Shown here piece after piece: positions 27,649 through 36,919 of a stretch of 64,000 nucleotides of DNA (its first letter is position 1; the number at the start of each line of letters is the position of its first letter). The notes below the pieces were generated by a model, which saw nothing but the letters and a program-made list of their open reading frames with translations, was not told the origin of the DNA and searched no databases. Source of the DNA: Aquiluna sp. (GTDB lineage Bacteria; Actinomycetota; Actinomycetes; Actinomycetales; Microbacteriaceae); contig JAPKCK010000008.1 of the NCBI GenBank assembly GCA_028822985.1, forward strand, positions 112 to 64,111. The letters are read 5' to 3'. A program made the position numbers and the translations under genes.

Positions 27649-28620
27649 CTAGTCCACGCTCACGTAGTCACGACCGGAGTAGTGACCGGTTGTTAGTTTT
27701 TGTCGCTGCATCAAAACGTCGTTTAGCAAGCTTGATGCACCGAATCGGAAGTATTTTGGGGTTAGCCATTTTTCGCCAGCGGTTTCTTTGACCACCACCA
27801 GGTACTTGATGGCATCTTTGGCAGTCCTGATTCCACCGGCAGGCTTGACACCGATTTGAATTTTGGTCTGGTCGAACCAGTCTTTTACAGCCTGCAGCAT
27901 CAGGAGCGTAATTGGCAGCGTCGCGTTGACACTCACTTTTCCTGTCGAAGTCTTAATAAAGTCTGGTCCAGCAAGCATTGCAAGATAGCTGGCGCGTCTT
28001 ATGTTGTCGTAGGTTTCTAGTTCGCCGGTTTCGAGAATCACCTTTAGGTGGGCGCGGGTTCCATCTTTTCTCAAGCAGGCTGCCTTCACGGCGAGAATCT
28101 GCTTATACACCTCAAGGTAGTTGCCTGACAAAAAAGCTCCGCGGTCAATCACCATGTCGATTTCATCGGCCCCGGCATTAACCGCATCTTTGGTGTCAGC
28201 GATTTTGACCGGCAGGCTCGCGCGTCCGGAGGGGAATGCGGTCGCTACTGCAGCCACGTGAATCTTGTTTTTGCCAAGTGCCTCTTTGGCATGCTTGACC
28301 ATGTCTCCATAGACACAAATGGCCGCTGGCTGCGGGGTGGTTAGATCAGTTGGGTCTGGAGTAATCGCCTTCAGGCACAGGCTTCGGACTCGCTCTTTAG
28401 TGTCGGCGCCCTCGAGAGTTGTCAGGTCCATCATCTGGATTGCCATGTCTAGCGCCCAAGCTTTAGAGGCGGTTTTGATTGACCTGGTTCCAAGGGATGC
28501 GGTTCGAGCTTCTAGTCCAACCTTGTCCACGCCAGGCAACGAGTGCAGCCAGCGGCTAAGGCTCTGGTTGGTAATCCTTGAGCCGACAACGGCTTCGGGG
28601 TCAATAGTTGGCAATATCAC
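27649..28620 (-). CDS. deoC: 2-deoxyribose-5-phosphate aldolase
   Basis: DLTTLEGADT, AVATAFPSG, GADEIDMVI, LKVILETGEL, FIKTSTGK, KPAGGIRT, RFGASSL. Confidence 0.95.
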   Translation of the reverse strand: MILPTIDPEAVVGSRITNQSLSRWLHSLPGVDKVGLEARTASLGTRSIKTASKAWALDMAIQMMDLTTLEGADTKERVRSLCLKAITPDPTDLTTPQPAAICVYGDMVKHAKEALGKNKIHVAAVATAFPSGRASLPVKIADTKDAVNAGADEIDMVIDRGAFLSGNYLEVYKQILAVKAACLRKDGTRAHLKVILETGELETYDNIRRASYLAMLAGPDFIKTSTGKVSVNATLPITLLMLQAVKDWFDQTKIQIGVKPAGGIRTAKDAIKYLVVVKETAGEKWLTPKYFRFGASSLLNDVLMQRQKLTTGHYSGRDYVSVD

Positions 28621-28647
28621 TCCTTGATAACCAAATGAGCCTATCGC

Positions 28648-29508
28648 TTATACCTCGAAAGTGGCTCCAGTTAGTTCCTCGCTGAGTTCCCAGAGCCGCT
28701 TCATCAATCCAAGATCTCGAGACTGCTTGGTGCCCTTTATTGGTTTCGGCACACCCCAGAGCTCTTGGGCTGGGCCGATAAATTCTCCACCTACTAGATC
28801 GGCTTCGACGGTCGCCATTATTTGTGAGCGGGCTCCCTGCTTGGCATTCTGAGCAAAACGATCGAAGCGATTCGGAAAATTATCCTGGAGTCCAGTCATT
28901 GCCCAGCCTGGATGCGCGGCGATTGAAACGACCTGGCTTCCCGATTGCTTGGTTCGTATATCAAGCTCCCTCGCGAACAACAGACACGCCAACTTGGTAT
29001 CGGCATATCGCTGCCAACGGTCGTAGCTTTTCTGGTCCGAACCTTTTAGTTGCTCGAGGCTCATCGATTGAAGCTTGCCTCTTCTGTGGACGGTGCTGGA
29101 AAGCGAGATCACTCTTGGCTCACTCGCTTTTTCTAGTTGCTTCCAAAGGGCCTTGGTCAAGACGAAGTGCCCCAAGTGGTTGATTGCCATTTGAGACTCA
29201 ATTCCATCCACGGACAAACTAAAGTCCGGGCCCATCACTCCAGCGTTATTCATAAGGACATCAATTGGGCTGGAGAATTTATTGGCGAACGAGCGAACCT
29301 CGTCAAAATTTGCAACGTCTAAAACTTGGCTAGTTATCTTCGACTGGGGGTTTTGCTTGGCGATCTCCTCGCTTGCTTTTTCGAGTCGGTCTTTGCCGCG
29401 GGCGGTCATTATGACATCGAACCCAAGGGCGGCAAGCTCCTTGGAAGCTTCCAGCCCTAGTCCACTGCTTGCGCCTGTTATCAGTGCTGTTTTATTTTTG
29501 GTTGGCAT
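28648..29508 (-). CDS. Short-chain dehydrogenase/reductase (WWOX/retinol-dehydrogenase-like subfamily)
   Basis: TGASSGLG, NNAGVM, NHLGHF, YADTK, AHPG. Confidence 0.9.
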   Translation of the reverse strand: MPTKNKTALITGASSGLGLEASKELAALGFDVIMTARGKDRLEKASEEIAKQNPQSKITSQVLDVANFDEVRSFANKFSSPIDVLMNNAGVMGPDFSLSVDGIESQMAINHLGHFVLTKALWKQLEKASEPRVISLSSTVHRRGKLQSMSLEQLKGSDQKSYDRWQRYADTKLACLLFARELDIRTKQSGSQVVSIAAHPGWAMTGLQDNFPNRFDRFAQNAKQGARSQIMATVEADLVGGEFIGPAQELWGVPKPIKGTKQSRDLGLMKRLWELSEELTGATFEV

Positions 29509-29623
29509 TTGGATTCAGGCTGCCTCTCGGTTAGTTTTGCTCGTCACTCCGAGCTTTCATTATTATGCCTTGAAACTTCACCGCAGCAATAGGCTTGAGG
29601 TTCTGTCCAATTTGAGGTGTTAG

Positions 29624-30835
29624 TTGACCAAGGGTTCATCGATTACCGTTCGTCTCGGTGTGGGGCAGATTATTACCTGGGGATCTTCTTTCTACTTACC
29701 GGCGATATTGGCCGTTCCAATTTCGGCCTCACTTGGCATTTCTACCCAGGATTTCTTTTGGGCTTTCACTCTGTCACTGTTGGTATCTGGCTTTCTAGGA
29801 CCCCAGGTTGGGCGAGCGATTGATCGGCTTGGGGGCAGGGCCGTTCTGCCTTTCGGAAGCGTTGCCTTTTTTGCAGGACTGAGCCTGCTATCGGTGAGCA
29901 CGAATCAAGTCATGCTTATTTCGGCTTGGTTGCTAATTGGTATTGGCGGGTCAATGGGAAATTACGACTCGGCCTTCGCGACTGCAGTTTCCTTCTTTGG
30001 CAATAAATCAAATCGAGTAATAGCGGGCATCACGGTGTTTGCCGGCTTTTCTTCCACAATTTCTTGGCCACTTACTAGCTATCTTGAGCAAACAATTGGC
30101 TGGCAGCAGGCAGTATTTTTTTGGGCCCTCATGCACCTAGTCGTCGCTCTGCCGCTCAACCTCAGCATCCCAAGGACTGAACCTAAAGAGGTTCCAACAA
30201 CCACCGGTCCGATTCGGAAGATAATAAAAAACCGATTCCGGTTTGATGTGCTGCTCGTGCTTTTTGCCTTGATGTTCGCCCTCGAGGGCTTCATTGTTTC
30301 TTCCGTGAACACCACCCTTCCGTTTTTGCTCGGGGAATTGGGCGCCAGCTCCGAAGTTGCTCTGCTTGCGGCGACAATCCTTGGGCCGTCCCAAGTTCTG
30401 GCAAGGGTGCTGATTTTGGTTCCCGGAAAAATCATGACGCCAATGCGCGTGGCCGCGCTGTCGATTGCTGCTCACCCAATTGGGGTTGTCTTGATCTGGA
30501 TCTTCGGAGTGAATGCCCTAATTCCGTTCGTGATTCTGCATGGCATCGGTGTCGGATTGAACCCGTTCATTAGAGGTTCGCTGCCCCTGTTGTTTTTTGG
30601 GACCGAGGGCTTCGGTCAACGCCAGGGCTACATCATGATGCTGAGCAAAATGGTGTCGGCACTTTCGCCCTCGCTGCTGACGCTCTTGGTGTTGGCAAAC
30701 GTTCAATCGGCAATCGGTCTTACCTTCGCCATGGGCGTCTTGGCGATGGGATTGCTTGTCTGGCTAGGTGCTATTCACCGGGTCAGAAATAAGGCAGCGC
30801 TAGATGCTAGCGCTGCATCAAGTCTTGAGGGTTAG
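29624..30835 (+). CDS. MFS transporter (subfamily resembling arsenic-efflux ArsK)
   Basis: GQIITWGSSFY, GRAIDRLGGR MFS loop, AGFSSTISWP; about 12 TM helices. Confidence 0.8.
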   Translation: MTKGSSITVRLGVGQIITWGSSFYLPAILAVPISASLGISTQDFFWAFTLSLLVSGFLGPQVGRAIDRLGGRAVLPFGSVAFFAGLSLLSVSTNQVMLISAWLLIGIGGSMGNYDSAFATAVSFFGNKSNRVIAGITVFAGFSSTISWPLTSYLEQTIGWQQAVFFWALMHLVVALPLNLSIPRTEPKEVPTTTGPIRKIIKNRFRFDVLLVLFALMFALEGFIVSSVNTTLPFLLGELGASSEVALLAATILGPSQVLARVLILVPGKIMTPMRVAALSIAAHPIGVVLIWIFGVNALIPFVILHGIGVGLNPFIRGSLPLLFFGTEGFGQRQGYIMMLSKMVSALSPSLLTLLVLANVQSAIGLTFAMGVLAMGLLVWLGAIHRVRNKAALDASAASSLEG

Positions 30836-31406
30836 CAGTTTCTACCCACTTGGCCAGACCGGCCCAGTGGCCCCAGCCCTGATCAAATGAAAAGTGTCCT
30901 GCCCCTGGAAAAATTAGCGGCTCTAGATTGAGTGCGGGAGCGTAGATACCGACTCCTCGAGGAAGCCACTGGTCATCATCACTTGCTATCACAGTCAAGC
31001 TTTTTGCCCACTTATGAGCGCTTACAGATAGTCCTGGGTCATCCAAATCAAGCGGTGATCCCTCTATGCCCTCGGTCTCAGTAAGTTGGTTTGGGTCTGG
31101 CGGTGCTATCAGTAGCACTCGATCAAATGGTTCTGTGAAAAGGTCATTCATCGCAGCGATTAGCCAGTTGGTAGTCCCGAGTGAATGACAAATAGCTACC
31201 TTTTCGCCGCCTTGAATCTCGTCCATCATGTTGGCTTCTTGGCGTAATAGTTCTTGCCACTTTTCAGCACTGGGGGTGTCAGGGTCTGGGAACTGCGGGT
31301 ACCAAACTTGGTTTCCATTGTTTCTTAGCTCCGCTGCAGCAAGCCTTGCCCAGTGACCTGGGGGCCGTATGTTGGTCCAGCCGTGGTGGATTAGAACTTT
31401 CTTCAC
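30807..31406 (-). CDS. RBBP9/YdeN-family alpha/beta hydrolase
   Basis: HHGW..., HW, PQFPDPDTP..W, CHSLG nucleophile elbow, SDDDQW, GAGHF; GTG start inferred. Confidence 0.85.
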   Translation of the reverse strand: MKKVLIHHGWTNIRPPGHWARLAAAELRNNGNQVWYPQFPDPDTPSAEKWQELLRQEANMMDEIQGGEKVAICHSLGTTNWLIAAMNDLFTEPFDRVLLIAPPDPNQLTETEGIEGSPLDLDDPGLSVSAHKWAKSLTVIASDDDQWLPRGVGIYAPALNLEPLIFPGAGHFSFDQGWGHWAGLAKWVETANPQDLMQR

Positions 31407-31452
31407 AAATTTATCTTTCCACAAAATCGAAAAGAGAACCTGATCTAATCGC

Positions 31453-33543
31453 CTAGTTTCCAGCCTTGAGCCGCAACGAATTGGCAACCACCGAAACGGA
31501 TGAGAATGCCATTGCTACGCCAGCGAGCATTGGATTCAGGAGCCCTAGAGCCGCAACCGGAATCAGAACTATGTTGTAGCCAAAAGCCCAACCTAAATTC
31601 TGCAAAATGTTTCGGTAAGTGCGCTTTCCAAGCTTGAGAGCAAAAGCAATGGCACGTGGATCATCATCCAAAATGGTGATGGCGCTTGCGGCCTGAGCCG
31701 CGTGGGCTCCAGAGCCCATGGCGATGCCAACGTCAGCCTTGGCAAGTGCTGCCACGTCGTTAATCCCGTCACCAACCATTGCAACTGGTTCGTTGTAGGC
31801 CGACAGCAATTCCAGTTTGCCCTCGGGGGAGACGTGTCCTTTGAAGTCAGTTATGCCTAGTTGTTCTGCAACTTCACGAACTCGCGCCGGGTTGTCCCCG
31901 GAGACCAGGTAGGGGCTAAAGCCAGCGGCTTTTAGCTCATCCATTGCTTGCTTGGAGGTTGGCCTTGGCTTATCGGAAAGTTCGATGAGCCCACGGGCAA
32001 CATTGTCCCAGGCCACAACAACAAGAGTGTTTGGGCCGGCATGTTCAAGAGCCTTATCTAACTCCGCTTGGTTTTGATAGCTTCCAGGCTTTTCAATCGA
32101 GACCATCACGGAATCAACTTGTCCCGTGAGTCCGTTTCCGGCGACTTCGATTACGTCGGTGGCGACAAGATCGTGGGGGTTTTCGGCTATCGCTTTAGAA
32201 ACCGGGTGCTTGCTGGTCACTGCGACCGCCGAAGCTTTTTCTAACATTGCCTCGGCGCTGACACCTGACAACCCGGTGGCTTTGATGATGGCAAGTTTGC
32301 CGTCGGTAAGTGTGCCGGTCTTGTCCAAGAAAACATGCTTGGTCTTTGCAAGCAAGCGAAGCGAGTCGGGGGTTCTTACAACCACGGCCTTTTTGGTGCC
32401 GATGCCGGTGGCAACCACCAGGCTCATCGGCACGGCAATCCCGAGAGCACATGGGCAGGCAATCACTATTACAGAGATTGCCGCCTTTATGGCGATGTCT
32501 TGTTCTCCGAGGAAGAACCATATCAAGTAGGTGGCAATGGCGATGAGAATCACCAGCGGCACAAAGATCTTTGAAATCGAATCGGTTAGCGATGCAAGTT
32601 TGGACTTCTGAGCAGTTGCTTCTCGAACTAGGTCCGCGATCTTCGCAAGTCTTGAAGAGGAGGAAATGGCAGTTACTTCCACTCTTATTTCGCCCTGCAA
32701 GTTTGTGGTTCCAGCCGTTACTAGTTCGCCGGCTTGCAAGTCCTTTGGCAGTGATTCTCCGGTGAGGGTGGAAGTGTCGATTGATGCGAATGCAGAGAGT
32801 AGTTTGCCGTCGGCCGGAATGGCCTCACCGGCTGCAACCAAAACAATCATTTGCTTGCGCAAAGAGCTAGTCGCGACATCTTCGCGCTTACCGTCAATTT
32901 CGACGGTTGCTGTTTGAGGAATGGCGCTCAGCAGCGCTCGAACTGAGTCGGTGGCGCTTTTTCTTGCCCTTACCTCTATGTATCGGCCGAGTAATACAAC
33001 CGATGGCACAACCGCAGCAGTTTCAAAGTAGGTGTGAATGTGACCGGCAAGAATCAGATAAACGCTGTAGCCATAGGCGACGCTGGAGCCAAGCGAAACA
33101 AGCGTGTCCATGGTGGCATCAAAGTGACGAAGGTTCTTTATGGCCGCTGTGTGGAAAGGCCAAGCCACATAAAAGATCACAACGGTGGCAGCAGCCCACA
33201 CTATGTAATTGCTGTATTGAAACTGGAAACCAGGAACCATGGCCAGGAGTACCGCTACTAGCGATGCTGCTCCACCGGCAATAAGACGAGGCTTCAGGGT
33301 TTTTAGTTCAGACTTTCCAGTGCCAACCCGGTAGCCGGCGCTTTCCACTGCGTCGGCAATCACCGAAGAATCCAGCGGGTTGATTAGCTGGAGGTGAGCT
33401 TTTTCGGTGGCGAAGTCTACGTAAGCACTTACTCCATCCAGCTTATTTAGATTCTTCTCAACCCTCCTGGCGCAGGCGGTGCAGGTCATTCCCTCGATTT
33501 CGATATCGAGTAATTCAACACCGACCAAGTTGGTATTAGGCAT
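31453..33543 (-). CDS. copA: P1B-type Cu(I)-exporting ATPase
   Basis: HMA MTCTAC, TGES, CPC, DKTGTLT, HP, GDGIND, YN and MAFSS Cu(I) signatures. Confidence 0.9.
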   Translation of the reverse strand: MPNTNLVGVELLDIEIEGMTCTACARRVEKNLNKLDGVSAYVDFATEKAHLQLINPLDSSVIADAVESAGYRVGTGKSELKTLKPRLIAGGAASLVAVLLAMVPGFQFQYSNYIVWAAATVVIFYVAWPFHTAAIKNLRHFDATMDTLVSLGSSVAYGYSVYLILAGHIHTYFETAAVVPSVVLLGRYIEVRARKSATDSVRALLSAIPQTATVEIDGKREDVATSSLRKQMIVLVAAGEAIPADGKLLSAFASIDTSTLTGESLPKDLQAGELVTAGTTNLQGEIRVEVTAISSSSRLAKIADLVREATAQKSKLASLTDSISKIFVPLVILIAIATYLIWFFLGEQDIAIKAAISVIVIACPCALGIAVPMSLVVATGIGTKKAVVVRTPDSLRLLAKTKHVFLDKTGTLTDGKLAIIKATGLSGVSAEAMLEKASAVAVTSKHPVSKAIAENPHDLVATDVIEVAGNGLTGQVDSVMVSIEKPGSYQNQAELDKALEHAGPNTLVVVAWDNVARGLIELSDKPRPTSKQAMDELKAAGFSPYLVSGDNPARVREVAEQLGITDFKGHVSPEGKLELLSAYNEPVAMVGDGINDVAALAKADVGIAMGSGAHAAQAASAITILDDDPRAIAFALKLGKRTYRNILQNLGWAFGYNIVLIPVAALGLLNPMLAGVAMAFSSVSVVANSLRLKAGN

Positions 33544-33757
33544 CTATTTTTGCAAATCCCACTGCCTGGTAACCGGCTTCTTCAACGGCTTCTGTGAACT
33601 GCTCATCAGTAATATCGCTCGAGGTAACCACTGCGGTGCCGCTCGAGTGATCAACCTTTACGCTCTCAACCCCTTCGAGGGTTGCGATTGCATTGGTGAC
33701 ACTCATCTCGCAGTGTCCGCAGGTCATTCCGGTAATTGTTATTTCAGTTTTTGACAT
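33536..33757 (-). CDS. copZ: Copper chaperone (HMA domain)
   Basis: GMTCGHC, AVEEAGY. Confidence 0.92.
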   Translation of the reverse strand: MSKTEITITGMTCGHCEMSVTNAIATLEGVESVKVDHSSGTAVVTSSDITDEQFTEAVEEAGYQAVGFAKIDA

Positions 33758-33791
33758 TGCTCTCCTTATTGTTAGTTGCTGATATGGATGC

Positions 33792-34124
33792 TCATGCGAA
33801 CAGCTGTGCTATCTGGCTCCAGCGTGCCTTATTCAACGAATACCAAATCCAAGTGCCTCGACGCTGTTTTTTAACTAACTCAACTTCTGCAAGTTTCTTG
33901 AGGTGGTGACTAATTGTTGGCTGGCTAAGTCCCAGCGGACCCGTTAGGTCGCAAGCGCAGCTTTCCTGGAGATCCGCCTTGGCGATCAGGGCCAAGATCT
34001 GAAGTCTGGTTGGGTCGGCAACCGCCTTCAGCAGCGCAGAAATATCCTCAGCCTTGGCTCTTGCCATCGGCTCCGCGGTGCTGGCTGGCGCGCAATCTGC
34101 GAGCGTAAGTAAATTTTTATTCAT
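33792..34124 (-). CDS. arsR: ArsR/SmtB-family metalloregulator (arsenic type)
   Basis: ADPTRLQIL, SCACDL, SQPTISHHLKKL, RRGTWIWYSL. Confidence 0.88.
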   Translation of the reverse strand: MNKNLLTLADCAPASTAEPMARAKAEDISALLKAVADPTRLQILALIAKADLQESCACDLTGPLGLSQPTISHHLKKLAEVELVKKQRRGTWIWYSLNKARWSQIAQLFA

Positions 34125-34142
34125 CTTCTATTCACCCTATAC

Positions 34143-34197
34143 ATCGATACACGTCTATAAATTCCCGAATGTCTGCTATAAATAGACAACCATCTAT
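34143..34197. promoter_or_regulatory. Two ArsR-type operator palindromes in the divergent arsR/aquaporin promoter
   Basis: ATCGAT-acac-GTCTAT (34143) and ATAGAC-aacc-ATCTAT (34182); consensus ATAGAC-N4-GTCTAT. Confidence 0.7.
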
Positions 34198-34261
34198 AAA
34201 CCAATCCCAACTCTAGTTCAGAAAGTAAGCCAACACCATCACTAAGAGCCAACGCACAACC

Positions 34262-34921
34262 GTGAGTAAGTACCTAGCCGAGTTGCTAGGAACGTTTCTT
34301 ATTGTCTTGACGGTCGCAGGTGCTGGCCACATGGTCTTTTTACTGGGAGCCGACGAAACGGTTGGACTCGCGGCAATTGCCGGAGCAGTGGGACTTGTTT
34401 TGTTTGTTGCAATCAGCATGTTCCAATCCATCAGCGGAGCTCACTTCAACCCGGTTGTAACCATTGCCTTCGGAATCAGGAAGCAAATTGACCTCAAGAC
34501 CGGGTTTGTCTATGTTGCTATGCAGCTATTAGGAGCGTTCCTGGGAGCAGTGGTCGCAAACCTAATGTTTGGTGTCTACGCAGTAGCGGCAGGAACCGTC
34601 CAACGACTAACTACTCAGACTTTTGTTGGCGAGATTGTTGCCACAGCTGGGCTACTGCTAATTGTGTTGTTATTAGTTGATCAAGAAAAGCTGTCCTTGA
34701 TAGCTCCCAGCGTCGCAGCCTGGGTTGCCGCCGGCCACTTATTCACCTCATCCACCTCTTTTGCGAACCCGGCCGTTACATTTGGTCGAGCCTTCACGGA
34801 TGCTGTTACCGGAATCAACTTCGCATCGGTGCCCGGTTTTGTAATTGGGCAACTAATTGGTGCGGGAGTCGCGCTGACTTTGTTTTATTTTTTATCCACC
34901 AAGAAGGAGCAAAATGTCTAA
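34262..34921 (+). CDS. MIP/aquaglyceroporin arsenite channel (AqpS-like)
   Basis: SGAHFNPVVT and TSSTSFANPAVT loops; coupled to arsC. Confidence 0.85.
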   Translation: MSKYLAELLGTFLIVLTVAGAGHMVFLLGADETVGLAAIAGAVGLVLFVAISMFQSISGAHFNPVVTIAFGIRKQIDLKTGFVYVAMQLLGAFLGAVVANLMFGVYAVAAGTVQRLTTQTFVGEIVATAGLLLIVLLLVDQEKLSLIAPSVAAWVAAGHLFTSSTSFANPAVTFGRAFTDAVTGINFASVPGFVIGQLIGAGVALTLFYFLSTKKEQNV

Positions 34922-35336
34922 GCCAATTTCATCGGTGATGTTTGTTTGTGTTCACAACGCCGGTCGTAGTCAGATGGCAGCTGGCTACCTTTCCCATTTG
35001 GCGGGTGACCGAGTTGAAGTCAGGTCGTCAGGAACAATGCCGGCTGACAGGGTCAATCCAGCGGTTGTCGAGGCGATGCTCGAGGAGGGCATTGACATCT
35101 CCAGCAACACCCCAAAGGTTTTGACCGATGAAGATGTCAAGGCGAGCGACTATGTGATAACTATGGGTTGCGGCGACGCTTGTCCGTTTTACCCAGGGAA
35201 AATCTACTTGGATTGGGTGCTAACAGACCCAGCCGGTCAGGGAGTCGACACCGTGCGCCCCATACGCGACGAAATCCGCGGGCTAGTCGAGAGCCTGATT
35301 GTTGAAATAGACCGAAAAGCTGGCTCCCTGACGTAA
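34914..35336 (+). CDS. arsC: Arsenate reductase (LMW-PTP fold)
   Basis: CVHNAGRSQMA, TMGCGDACP, DP..., IRDEI; its stop codon lies within the left IR of the ISL3 cassette. Confidence 0.92.
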   Translation: MSKPISSVMFVCVHNAGRSQMAAGYLSHLAGDRVEVRSSGTMPADRVNPAVVEAMLEEGIDISSNTPKVLTDEDVKASDYVITMGCGDACPFYPGKIYLDWVLTDPAGQGVDTVRPIRDEIRGLVESLIVEIDRKAGSLT

Positions 35337-35433
35337 CCGTGGGTGGTTTCACCAGCGCCTTACCGAGTGCACGCCGCTCTCCGTCTAGGTATCTAACTGA
35401 CAAGGGCAATAAGCACAGGGACGAGAAAACGGC

Positions 35434-35540
35434 GTTGAAATTCAACAGTATGGCGAACTCTGCTTGGAGTCGATAAGACCATCGTCGAAGCGATCGATCT
35501 CGACTTTGAAACAGGCGCTCTTGTCGCGTCGCTGCGTGAT
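35434..35540 (+). pseudogene. ISL3-family transposase N-terminal fragment
   Basis: NSTVWRTLLGVDKTIVEAIDLDFETGALVASLR resembles the WRxLLGV(E/D)KT..E...D...LVA.VR start of actinobacterial ISL3 transposases; start codon destroyed (in-frame TGA at 35436). Confidence 0.65.
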
Positions 35541-36647
35541 TTAGCGCCCGGCTCCCTGAGCTAGGGGGCAATCAAAAGGATCGCGGGCTTGGAGGCCCAC
35601 GCGGTTGAGGTAGCTCACGACGATGCCATAGGAGCGAACTAAGGATGTCTCCGTATAGGAAATAGAGCGCTCCTGGCAGTAGGCCTTGACCATTTTTGCG
35701 GCCTTGGCTAAGGCGGGGCGAGGCATATTGGGGAACAAGTGGTGCTCAATCTGGTAGTTGAGTCCGCCCATGGCAAAATCCATGGCAGTACCCCCGGTGA
35801 TGTTCCGACTGGTCAGCACTTGACGGCGCAGGAAGTCCACTTTGATGTCTCGTCCAATAATGGGCATGCCTTTGTGATTGGGGGCAAAAGAGGCGCCCAT
35901 GTAGACACCAAAGACGGCCAATTGGGTGACCAAGAAAACGCTTGCGACACCCCAGGGCATAAACCAATAGACAAGCGCAAAGAGGATGATATGGCGGGCG
36001 AGCAACATCGTGATCTCAGAACCGCGAGCCTCTACCTTTTCTCTGGAGAAGGCGCGCTTTAGGCCCTGGAAGTGGAGGTTTAGCCCCTCCAAGGTCAACA
36101 GAGGAAAAAAGAGCCACCCTTGACGTTTGACAATCGCGCGCTGCAAACCCGTGGTGGTAGGGGCAATGTCTTGCCTAAACACGACGACATCAGATTCAAT
36201 GTCAGGGTCTTTGCCCACCGTGTTCGGATTGGCGTGGTGTCTAGAGTGTTTATTCATCCACCAGGAGTAACTAATACCCACCACCAGGTTTGCTATGATC
36301 CGTCCCCAGATGTCATTCGAGTTGCCGCTAGCAAACACTGCCCTGTGGGCCAATTCGTGAGCAAGAAAAGCAAATTGAGTGAGCACTATGGCCAGTAGTG
36401 GCGCAAGAGCAATGCTCCACCAAGAGGTTCCCAAGAAAATCATGCCGGTGACGGTGATACCGAGAACGACAGTGAGTATCAATGCAAGCACGCCGTAGTA
36501 GCCATGGCGCCTACGCAATAAACCGGCGGACTTAACGCTCTTCATCAACCCAGCAAAGTCTGACGTGTACGGGTGCGCGGCGGGATCAATCCGAGAATGA
36601 CTGCCGTTGACTCGGTCAAGTATTGGTGAGATGGGGACTCGTCTCAT
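35541..36647 (-). CDS. Membrane-bound acyl-CoA/fatty-acid desaturase
   Basis: His boxes HELAH, HSRHH and QIEHH; DPDI; start uncertain (ATG 36647 chosen). Confidence 0.9.
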   Translation of the reverse strand: MRRVPISPILDRVNGSHSRIDPAAHPYTSDFAGLMKSVKSAGLLRRRHGYYGVLALILTVVLGITVTGMIFLGTSWWSIALAPLLAIVLTQFAFLAHELAHRAVFASGNSNDIWGRIIANLVVGISYSWWMNKHSRHHANPNTVGKDPDIESDVVVFRQDIAPTTTGLQRAIVKRQGWLFFPLLTLEGLNLHFQGLKRAFSREKVEARGSEITMLLARHIILFALVYWFMPWGVASVFLVTQLAVFGVYMGASFAPNHKGMPIIGRDIKVDFLRRQVLTSRNITGGTAMDFAMGGLNYQIEHHLFPNMPRPALAKAAKMVKAYCQERSISYTETSLVRSYGIVVSYLNRVGLQARDPFDCPLAQGAGR

Positions 36648-36848
36648 GCATCGGGGCTTCTCAGCGTAAAAGACGTTCACACCGCCTCGATGTTTCAAAG
36701 CTAGCGTCTTTTCCTGTGTTTTAGCTGGAGGAAGCAAGGGTTTCACACAGAATCCGCGAACGCAGTAAGTTCTTCGGCTGCCACAAAGCGGCACTCCCCA
36801 GCCGGATTTAACCCACGATTATGTCAGAAGAGCCAAAAAAACTTCTTA

Positions 36849-36879
36849 TTGACAAGGCAGTAAGGGTTACCTAACCTAT
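36849..36879 (+). promoter_or_regulatory. Sigma-A promoter overlapped by an IdeR/DtxR iron box
   Basis: TTGACA(36849)-N17-TAACCT(36872); TAAGGGTTACCTAACCTAT (36861-36879) matches 15/19 of TWAGGTWAGSCTWACCTWA. Confidence 0.8.
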
Positions 36880-36919
36880 TCAAGGGCGGAAAGACCGCGC
36901 ACAGATAGTTAGGAAACAC

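Larger units (their letters stand above)
35322..36834 (+). mobile_element. Non-autonomous ISL3-derived element carrying a fatty-acid desaturase
   Basis: Inverted ends GGCTC-CCTGACGTAACCGTGGGT (35322) and GGCTCTTCTGACATAATCGTGGGT (reverse complement of 36811-36834), 20/24 identical; transposase N-terminal and C-terminal remnants lie inside the ends. Confidence 0.7.

Noticed and set aside
28648-29508. SDR as a retinol/retinal enzyme for actinorhodopsin
   Set aside because: This subfamily is ubiquitous, the gene is 6 kb from actR with unrelated genes between, and nothing in the sequence indicates substrate.
35322-35559. GGCTCCCTGA direct repeat at 35322 and 35550 as a target-site duplication
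   Set aside because: The first copy is the IS left end and the second lies inside the desaturase coding end; this does not fit TSD geometry and is plausibly chance.
35161-35571. 136-aa minus-strand ORF across arsC and the IS remnant
   Set aside because: It overlaps arsC in antisense and has no protein-like features; the region is better explained by the plus-strand transposase remnant.
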